A stretch of DNA of 62,732 nucleotides, counting the filler, from Coriobacteriales bacterium (lineage in GTDB: Bacteria > Actinomycetota > Coriobacteriia > Coriobacteriales > UBA8131): assembly GCA_031263105.1 (NCBI GenBank). It is 5 parts of 5 records of this genome, joined end to end, with 100 filler letters (N's around TTAATTAATTAA, not from the genome) between each part and the next. Parts side by side here need not be neighbours in the genome. Positions count along the whole stretch, not along the records: positions 54,018 to 59,820 come from JAISGJ010000157.1; positions 59,921 to 62,732 come from JAISGJ010000008.1; 3 more parts are not named here. One strand, written 5' to 3'. The translations under genes and the position numbers were made by a program. Positions 56,154 through 62,732 of the stretch are shown here, piece after piece (the first letter of the stretch is position 1; every line of letters starts with the position of its first letter). The notes beneath the pieces are model-generated. The model made no database searches. It was not told the origin of the DNA and saw nothing but the letters and a program-made list of their open reading frames with translations.

Positions 56154-56185
56154 TTAAGGTTTTTTTAAGGAGCGGATGGTATCGT
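56154..56185 (+). promoter_or_regulatory. OmpR-family-type direct repeat and extended -10 upstream of htrA
   Basis: TTAAG-N6-TTAAG (11-bp period), then TGG-TATCGT. Confidence 0.5.
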
Positions 56186-56229
56186 TTCCCTATTCGTATT
56201 GGCGCAACGACACACAATGAGGTGAGATC

Positions 56230-58071
56230 ATGACTGATACCAACAGGGAGGACTCCGGTTCCCCTTCGACGTCGTTCCTTGACAGCTCCGGGCAGCCCCT
56301 GCCGCAGGAGACGGTGCAGACGCAGGGGGCCCAGGAGTCCCAGGCACAGGGATCACCGGAGCCCGTGCTTGAGGTGCTGCCCGTGCTGGAGGTGGTGCCC
56401 GGGCAGCCGCAGGAGCCGCAGCCGCAGGAGGCCGTGCAGCCGCAGGAGCCGCAGCCGCAGGTGCAGGAGGCCGTGCAGCAGCCGCCCTTCTCCGTGCAGC
56501 CGCAGCCCGCGCCTGAGCCGCAACCCGCGCAGGATTCATGGCCGCAGCCGGTGCAGGCGTCGCAGCCGCAGCCGTCCTTCTTCGCGCAGTCGGCGCAGGA
56601 GCAGCAGCCGGCGCAGGAGCAGGCGTCGCAGCCGCAGCCGTATGCACGGTCGCAGCAGCCGCAGCCCTCCGTGTCGTCGCAGCCGTATCCCACGCAACAG
56701 GCCCAGCCGCAGCCACAGGTGTCGTCCCAGGCCCAGCCACAGGCGTCGTTGCAGCCGCAGGCGCAGCCCTACACGCCGCCGCAGGCCCAGCAGCAGGGCG
56801 GCTACTTCCAGCCGCCCCAGGCGCAGCAGCAGTACCAGGGCCGTCACGCCGACCCCTATGCGGCCGCGCGTCCACAGCAGGGCACGGCCTCCGCGTCCTC
56901 GCGTCAGGCGAAGGGCCCCTCCAAGGTGCTGCCCCTCGTCATGGGACTCGTCGGGGTGCTGGTGGGAGCGGGGCTGAGCGCCGCGCTCTTCTTCGCCCTC
57001 CTCGTTCCCAACGTCGGCCAAGCGCCTGCGCCCGCCCCGACGCAGGGCACCGACACCGGCACCACGTCCCTCACGATCGCCCCGGCCCAGGAGGACGCCT
57101 CCCTCGCCGAGGTCGTCGCGGCGAAGGTCCTCCCCTCCGTCGTCAACATCGACGTCTATGCGTCGTTCGGGGGAGGCTACTTCGGCGACTACGGCAGCGG
57201 CGGGACGGGGGACAGCAGCGGCGCCCTAGAGGAGTACGGCCTGGGCTCCGGTGTCGTCATCAGCGACGACGGCTATATCCTCACCAACTACCACGTCGTC
57301 GAGGGCGGCAGCGAGTACCTCGTCCGCTTCGACCAGGACCACCAGTACAAGGCCACCGTGGTGGGCCAGGACGCAAGCTCCGACCTCGCCGTCCTCAAGG
57401 TCGATGCCACGGGGCTCACGCCCATCGAGATCGGCGACTCGAGCAAGGTCGCCATCGGCGAGTGGGTCATGGCGCTCGGGAGCCCCTTCGGCCTTGAGAA
57501 GTCGGTCTCCACGGGGATAGTCTCGGCGCTCTTCCGCTCGACGACCATGTCGTCGACCACCGGCGTCAACTTCTATGCGAACATGATCCAGACGGACGCC
57601 GCCATCAACCCCGGCAACTCGGGCGGTGCGCTGGTGGACGCCGAGGGCAAGCTCATCGGCATCAACACGCTCATAAGCTCGAACTCGGGGACCTCCTCGG
57701 GCGTGGGCTTCGCCATCCCGAGCAACTACGCGATGAACGTTGCCCGGCAGATAATGGACGGCAAGGAGGTCGAGCACGCCTATCTCGGCATCCAGCTGCA
57801 GACCATCGACGCCGGCAACGCGTCCCGCTTCAACTCCTCGGTCGACAGCGGCGCCTACATCGACCGGGTCGTCCCGGACTCGCCTGCGGACGAGGCCGGC
57901 CTCAAGGAAGGCGACATCGTCACCGCCATGGACGGCGTGTCGATCTCGTCTGCCGCCGAACTGGTCATCAACGTGCGCGGCCACCTTGTCGGAGACACGG
58001 TGACCCTCCAGGTGCAGCGCGACGGCTCCTCCCAGTCCGTCTCCGTGACCCTGGGCTCCGACAAGGGCTGA
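56230..58071 (+). CDS. htrA: HtrA/DegP-family membrane serine protease with PDZ domain and Q/P-rich N-terminus
   Basis: GSGV, TNYHVV, DLAV, QTDAAINPGNSGG, PDZ. Confidence 0.95.
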   Translation: MTDTNREDSGSPSTSFLDSSGQPLPQETVQTQGAQESQAQGSPEPVLEVLPVLEVVPGQPQEPQPQEAVQPQEPQPQVQEAVQQPPFSVQPQPAPEPQPAQDSWPQPVQASQPQPSFFAQSAQEQQPAQEQASQPQPYARSQQPQPSVSSQPYPTQQAQPQPQVSSQAQPQASLQPQAQPYTPPQAQQQGGYFQPPQAQQQYQGRHADPYAAARPQQGTASASSRQAKGPSKVLPLVMGLVGVLVGAGLSAALFFALLVPNVGQAPAPAPTQGTDTGTTSLTIAPAQEDASLAEVVAAKVLPSVVNIDVYASFGGGYFGDYGSGGTGDSSGALEEYGLGSGVVISDDGYILTNYHVVEGGSEYLVRFDQDHQYKATVVGQDASSDLAVLKVDATGLTPIEIGDSSKVAIGEWVMALGSPFGLEKSVSTGIVSALFRSTTMSSTTGVNFYANMIQTDAAINPGNSGGALVDAEGKLIGINTLISSNSGTSSGVGFAIPSNYAMNVARQIMDGKEVEHAYLGIQLQTIDAGNASRFNSSVDSGAYIDRVVPDSPADEAGLKEGDIVTAMDGVSISSAAELVINVRGHLVGDTVTLQVQRDGSSQSVSVTLGSDKG

Positions 58072-58126
58072 GCCGCCGGCTCCCGGCCCGTCTTGGGCAG
58101 AGGGAAGCGCCAGAGAGAACTGCCAG

Positions 58127-58163
58127 AGGGACGGGGCCGCGATATCGGCCCCGTCCCTTTTTT
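58127..58163 (+). terminator. Intrinsic terminator after htrA
   Basis: AGGGACGGGGCCG...CGGCCCCGTCCCT then T-run. Confidence 0.85.
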
Positions 58164-58179
58164 GCTGTCAGCGTGGAAC

Positions 58180-58650
58180 CCCACTGTCATTCTGAGCGGA
58201 GCGCCTGCAAGAGGCCTTGAGCATCCGTGTCTTCTGCTGACGGTCGGAAACCCACTGTCATTCTGAGCGAAGCGCCCGCAAGGTGGATTCCGCGTACCAA
58301 TCTGCGAGAGCGTCCCGAGAAACCCACTGTCATTCCGAGCGGAGCGCCCGCAAGGAAGGTCCTCACGCTGCGCTCAGGATAAACTCCGCGTGAGAATCCT
58401 TGGCCACGCAGGGACCAACGGCAGGTCGCAGGGCCCTTCGGCCTGCGGTCGACCGCTGGCGCGGTCGAGGATCCCTCGGCAGGCTCGGGGTGACAGCACA
58501 CCCTCACTGTCATTCCGAGCGCAGCCGAGGAATCTTTGGACACGCAGTGTCCAACTGGCCCGTCTGGGTGCTGACGAGCTTAAGGATTCCTCGGTTGCGG
58601 CGCTGCCTCCGGCAGCGCCTCCGCTCGGAATGACAGTGGAGTGTGAGTAA
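58180..58650. repeat. Cluster of REP-like arms and elements
   Basis: CACTGTCATT(C/T)-type arms near 58180, 58251, 58323 and 58506; ends ...GAATGACAGTGGAGTGTGAGTAA. Confidence 0.88.
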
Positions 58651-58713
58651 CTGTACGCCCGCCGCCGTGACAGGGCAGAAAAGGGCGACTCCCGCCGCTG
58701 CGACTCCCGTCGG

Positions 58714-59277
58714 CTACATGCCCTTCATCGTGTCCATGGGCGCTGCGCCTCCGCCCCCGGCGTCTGGCGGGACGATGCCGCCGCCGTCCATGGCGCCGCC
58801 TCCTGCGGCGAGCAACTCGGGGTCGAGCATCCCGAAGATCATCGCGACGTGGGCGACGACGAGGAAGACGGAGACGAGGACGGCATGGAGCCGCAGGCGC
58901 CCCTCGGGCGAGAGCTTCCTGCCGATGACGTTGAGCTCAAGCAGGGTCAGTCCGACGTAGGGCACGACGCCGAGGAGGTAGAAGCCCACGGCGACCACGT
59001 CGAAGGGGCCGCGCCACCCCGCGCCGCCCGTCAGGGGGATCACCGCCGTGACGAAGAGGTAGACGAAGACCACCAGGAAATAGGGTCCGGCGACGAGGCC
59101 AGCTATGCGGTTGAGCAGCCGGAGCGTGCCGTCGAGCTTGCGTGTGAGCAGGATGAAGAACTCCGTGATGGCCAAGGCCTCCGCGAAGATGACCGGGATC
59201 GCCATGAACAGGATCAGGTTCCACGGCTGGTTGGTCGCAAGGAGCTCCATATAGTGCGTCATCGGCATGGATTCCAT
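58714..59277 (-). CDS. Met/His-containing 4-TM membrane protein (DUF6803-like)
   Basis: MPMTHYMELLATNQPWNL, WRGPFD, AHVAMIFGMLDP. Confidence 0.8.
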   Translation of the reverse strand: MESMPMTHYMELLATNQPWNLILFMAIPVIFAEALAITEFFILLTRKLDGTLRLLNRIAGLVAGPYFLVVFVYLFVTAVIPLTGGAGWRGPFDVVAVGFYLLGVVPYVGLTLLELNVIGRKLSPEGRLRLHAVLVSVFLVVAHVAMIFGMLDPELLAAGGGAMDGGGIVPPDAGGGGAAPMDTMKGM

Positions 59278-59370
59278 AGGGTCGTCCCCTTTCGAGCGTT
59301 CGAACAGTGTCTCCCTCTTAGGATAGTCCCCGCCGCCACTTCTGCAAGTACGCACAAAATAGTGCCTGAG

Positions 59371-59384
59371 TACCCTTGAGGGTA
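59371..59384. promoter_or_regulatory. CsoR-type operator-like palindrome
   Basis: TACCC-TTGA-GGGTA next to a minus-strand TATTTT (-10) at 59361. Confidence 0.5.
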
Positions 59385-59394
59385 GGTTGCGCGT

Positions 59395-59435
<41 letters not shown>

Positions 59436-59459
59436 CGGGCGGGGGGGGGGGGGGGGCCC

Positions 59460-59820
59460 CCCGAGTCGCCTGCCACGGCGCCGCCGCGGGTGGTGGCGGC
59501 GGCTAGGCGCACCTGTTCGAGGATCTCCGCTGTTGAGAGGTTGCGGATCAGGCCGAGGCCGCCCGTGGCGCAGAAGGGGCAGCCGATCCCGCAGCCCGCC
59601 TGGGCCGAGACGCACAAGGTGGTCCTGTCCGGATAGGCCATGAGGACGGTCTCGATCAGGGCACCTCCGGCGAGGCGCCACAGGGACTTCAGGGTGGTCC
59701 CGGCATCGGCCCGGCGTTCGCGGACTGAGGTGAGAAGAGGCGGGAAGACCGTGGTGACCAGGGCTTCGCGCCCGGCGGCGGGCAGGTCGGTCATCGCGGC
59801 CGGGTCCGTGGTCAGGGACG
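59460..59820 (-). CDS. rlmN: Internal fragment of 23S rRNA m2A2503 methyltransferase (probably chimeric or contaminant)
   Basis: [43 protein letters not shown]; ends in poly-G. Confidence 0.85.
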
Positions 59821-59920
59821 NNNNNNNNNNNNNNNNNNNNNNNNNNNNNNNNNNNNNNNNNNNNTTAATTAATTAANNNNNNNNNNNNNNNNNNNNNNNN
59901 NNNNNNNNNNNNNNNNNNNN
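59821..59920. other. Artificial contig linker
   Basis: N run with TTAATTAATTAA. Confidence 0.98.
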
Positions 59921-59982
59921 CGGGGCGGCAGTGGGGGCCGGGGCGGCGGTGGGGGGGGGGGGGGGGGGGGCGAACGGTGACC
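59921..59982. repeat. Degenerate right end of the REP-like element
   Basis: GGCAGTGGGGG units, poly-G, GCGAACGGTGAC end. Confidence 0.5.
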
Positions 59983-60099
59983 GTTGCGGAGGGCGGCGCC
60001 GGCAGCGGGAAGGCGATATGATGCAGGGATGTGACGCGATGTACTATACTGGGTTCGACCCGCTCTGTCAGACCCGCATACCTCCGAGAAAGGCCGTCG

Positions 60100-61350
60100 A
60101 TGACATTTGAGCACCTCTCAGCGCAGGACCCTGCCGTCGCCGCCGTCATAGGCGACGAGCTTGAGCGGCAGCGCACCCAGATCGAGCTCATCGCCTCGGA
60201 GAACTTCACCTCGATGGCGGTGCTGGAGGCGGTCGGCAGCGTGCTGACCAACAAGTACGCGGAGGGCTACCCCGGCAAGCGCTACTACGGGGGCTGCCAT
60301 GTCGTCGACGAGGGGGAGTCGCTTGCCATCGAGCGCGCGTGCAGGCTCTTCGGCGCGCGCTTCGCCAACGTGCAGCCCCACAGCGGGGTGAGCGCCAACC
60401 TCGCCGCCTACCTCGCGCTCGTGAAGCCGGGCGAGACCGTGCTCGGCATGAGCCTCGCGCACGGCGGGCACCTCACGCACGGCTCGCCCGTCAACTTCAG
60501 CGGGCTCATCTACCATATGGACAGCTACGGCGTGGACCCCGAGACCGAGCGCATCGACATGGACGAGGTCGCGCGCATCGCGCGCGAGTGCCGCCCCAGG
60601 ATGATAATCGCCGGGGCGAGCGCGTACCCCCGCATCATCGACTTCGAGCGCTTCTCCCAGATCGCCAAGGAGGTGGGCGCCGCCCTCATGGTGGACATCG
60701 CCCATATCGCGGGGCTCGTCGCCGGCGGGGCGCACCCCAGCCCCGTGCCCTTCGCCGACGTCGTCACCTCGACCTCGCACAAGACGCTGCGCGGGCCCCG
60801 GGGCGGCTTCATCCTCACGAACGACGAGGCGTTGGCGGCCCGTATCGACAAGGCCATCTTCCCCGGTTCGCAGGGGGGGCCGCTCCAACACGTCATCGCA
60901 GGCAAGGCGGTCGCCTTCGGCGAGGCCCTGGAGCCCGCGTTTGCCACCTACGCCCATCAGGTCGTCACGAACATGAGGGCGATGGGGGAGGGAATGGTCG
61001 AGGGCGGCCTGCGCCTCGTCACGGGCGGGACGGACAACCACCTCGCGCTCGTCGACCTCAGCGCGGCGGACGTGACCGGCAAGGACGCCGAGGGAATGCT
61101 CGAGGAGGTGGGGATAACCGCGAACAAGAACTCCATCCCCAACGAGACCCGCTCCCCGTTCGTGGCAAGCGGCATCCGCGTCGGCAGCGCCGCGATGACG
61201 ACGCGCGGCTTCGACGCGGACGAGGCGCGCGAGATAGGGCGGCTCATCGCACGGGTGATATTCGAGCAGGGGGACAAGGTCGCCCTGACGAAGATAAAGA
61301 ACAGGGTCGCCGACCTGCTGGCGGCCCATCCGCTCTACCCGGGGCTTTGA
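60100..61350 (+). CDS. glyA: Serine hydroxymethyltransferase
   Basis: [39 protein letters not shown]. Confidence 0.98.
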   Translation: MTFEHLSAQDPAVAAVIGDELERQRTQIELIASENFTSMAVLEAVGSVLTNKYAEGYPGKRYYGGCHVVDEGESLAIERACRLFGARFANVQPHSGVSANLAAYLALVKPGETVLGMSLAHGGHLTHGSPVNFSGLIYHMDSYGVDPETERIDMDEVARIARECRPRMIIAGASAYPRIIDFERFSQIAKEVGAALMVDIAHIAGLVAGGAHPSPVPFADVVTSTSHKTLRGPRGGFILTNDEALAARIDKAIFPGSQGGPLQHVIAGKAVAFGEALEPAFATYAHQVVTNMRAMGEGMVEGGLRLVTGGTDNHLALVDLSAADVTGKDAEGMLEEVGITANKNSIPNETRSPFVASGIRVGSAAMTTRGFDADEAREIGRLIARVIFEQGDKVALTKIKNRVADLLAAHPLYPGL

Positions 61351-61395
61351 CCTGGAAGCGACCTCTTGCAGGGCGGACGGTGGGAAAGGAAACCT

Positions 61396-62067
61396 ATGGC
61401 AGACAACAATGTGGCGATACCCGGTTACTCGACGAGGTTCGTGACGGTCATCGACCATCCGATGGTGCAGCACAAGCTCACCATACTCCGCAACAAGGAG
61501 ACCGGCCCCAAGCAGTTCCGCGAGCTCATCAAGGAGCTGGCGATCTTCGAGGGCTACGAGGCGACGCGGCACTTCCAGCTCGAGCCGATACAGGTCGAGA
61601 CCCCCATCTGCGAGACGGTCGCCTACACCCTCAGGGGCCGCAAGGTCGCCATCGTGCCGATACTCAGGGCGGGGCTGGGCATGGTCGAGGGCATCCTCGA
61701 GCTCATCCCGGCCGCGCGCGTCGGCCATCTCGGGCTGTACCGCGACCCCGAGACCCACCTGCCGGTCGAGTACTACTGCAAGCTGCCCGAGGACATCGGT
61801 GCGCGCGAGGTGCTCATCGTCGACCCCATGCTCGCGACCGGCGGCTCGGCCTCTGCGGCGATCGAGGCACTCAAGCAGCGGGGCGTCGCCTCGGACCAGA
61901 TACGCCTGCTCGTCATCATCGCGGCCCCCGAGGGCATCCAGACCGTCGTCAACACCGACCCCAACGTCAACATCTACACCTGCGCCATCGACGAGCGCCT
62001 TGACGAGCGGGCCTACATCGTCCCCGGCCTCGGCGACGCCGGCGACCGCATCTTCGGGACGAAGTGA
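61396..62067 (+). CDS. upp: Uracil phosphoribosyltransferase
   Basis: [27 protein letters not shown]. Confidence 0.98.
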   Translation: MADNNVAIPGYSTRFVTVIDHPMVQHKLTILRNKETGPKQFRELIKELAIFEGYEATRHFQLEPIQVETPICETVAYTLRGRKVAIVPILRAGLGMVEGILELIPAARVGHLGLYRDPETHLPVEYYCKLPEDIGAREVLIVDPMLATGGSASAAIEALKQRGVASDQIRLLVIIAAPEGIQTVVNTDPNVNIYTCAIDERLDERAYIVPGLGDAGDRIFGTK

Positions 62068-62073
62068 GCGGGC

Positions 62074-62526
62074 ATGGACACGCGTCCCAGCTGGGACACC
62101 TACTTCATGGACATCGCGAACCAGGTCGCGAGGCGCACGACCTGTCGGCGGCGCGCCGTGGGGGCGGTGCTCGTCAAGGAGAAGCGCATCCTCTCCACGG
62201 GCTACAACGGCGTGCCCCAGGGCATAGAGCACTGCCTCGACCGGGGCTGCCTGCGCGAACAGATGGACATACCGAGCGGCCAGCAGCACGAGCTGTGCCG
62301 AGGCCTCCATGCCGAGCAGAACGCCGTCATCCAGGCGGCCAAGCACGGCATCTGCATAGACGGGGCCACGGTGTACTGCACGACCCAGCCCTGCATCATC
62401 TGTGCGAAGATGCTCATAAACGCGGGCATCTCCGAGATCGTCTTCGAGCATTCCTACCCCGACCGGCTGACCGAGGAGATGCTCGCGGAGTCCGGCGTCG
62501 CCACACGTCGCTACGATGCCGGGTGA
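62074..62526 (+). CDS. dCMP/cytidine deaminase family protein (ComEB-like)
   Basis: [23 protein letters not shown]. Confidence 0.95.
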   Translation: MDTRPSWDTYFMDIANQVARRTTCRRRAVGAVLVKEKRILSTGYNGVPQGIEHCLDRGCLREQMDIPSGQQHELCRGLHAEQNAVIQAAKHGICIDGATVYCTTQPCIICAKMLINAGISEIVFEHSYPDRLTEEMLAESGVATRRYDAG

Positions 62527-62600
62527 GTGCCCCTCGTGCCTGCGCCTCCACCTCCGCCCCGCCCCCCTTTTGCGTTGCCGTTTGCACCCCCCATCGGCAT

Positions 62601-62732
62601 CCCACTGCCATTCCGAGCGGAGGCGCGGCCCGAGGCAGCGCCGCAGCCGCGGAATACGTGAACGCGTGGTGTCCAACAGCGACCCAAGGGCGTCGCGGCC
62701 GGCGGGCCGGAGCGTCGCCGGCGGTGATTACA
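62601..62732. repeat. REP-like element, left part at the window end
   Basis: CCCACTGCCATTCCGAGCGGAG arm and GTGTCCAA core remnant. Confidence 0.75.

Noticed and set aside
56190..56693. Cys/Gly-rich metallothionein-like ORF
   Set aside because: It is the antisense reading of the CAG/CCG-rich htrA N-terminus
60100..62526. Functional link of glyA to the fhs/folD/PanB-like operon
   Set aside because: It lies on a different contig, and glyA-upp-deaminase is ordinary housekeeping synteny

Overview
High-GC bacterial sequence, most consistent with Coriobacteriia (Eggerthellaceae-like). The inference rests on multi-TM LuxR regulators paired with Tat-lipoprotein flavin oxidoreductases and on rpsO-pnp-M16-dapB synteny. 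The window is five contigs joined by artificial 100-nt N/TTAATTAATTAA linkers, so adjacency across linkers is not biological. Contig 1: rpsO-pnp, an inverted surface-glycosylation module, M16 peptidase-dapB-aspartokinase-dapA, and an IbrA-GNAT-IbrB cassette. Contig 2: wecA-rmlADB-LCP-GT2-rmlC and a stand-alone FMN glutamate synthase family gene. Contig 3: two LuxR/flavoprotein pairs; a catabolic operon divergent from a TetR gene (pyrogallol transhydroxylase-family Mo enzyme alpha/beta, zinc-ribbon protein, two SDRs, a divergent PanB-like protein, MFS, Fhs, FolD); an accessory Fic/AAA/nuclease/Gpx patch with duplication scars; and a nicotinamidase-rifampin ADP-ribosyltransferase fusion. Contig 4: MFS, glutaredoxin, HtrA, a membrane protein with a CsoR-like operator, and a probably chimeric rlmN fragment. 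Contig 5: glyA-upp-dCMP deaminase. About 14 copies or remnants of a palindromic REP/REPIN-like element, several with TTAC...GTAA ends, occupy intergenic spaces and most contig ends. No tRNA, rRNA or CRISPR was seen. The best candidates for novel biology are the Mo-enzyme/PanB-like/C1-folate operon, the PncA-Arr fusion, the IbrA-GNAT-IbrB cassette and the REP family. All family assignments come from motif recognition by eye, not database searches.
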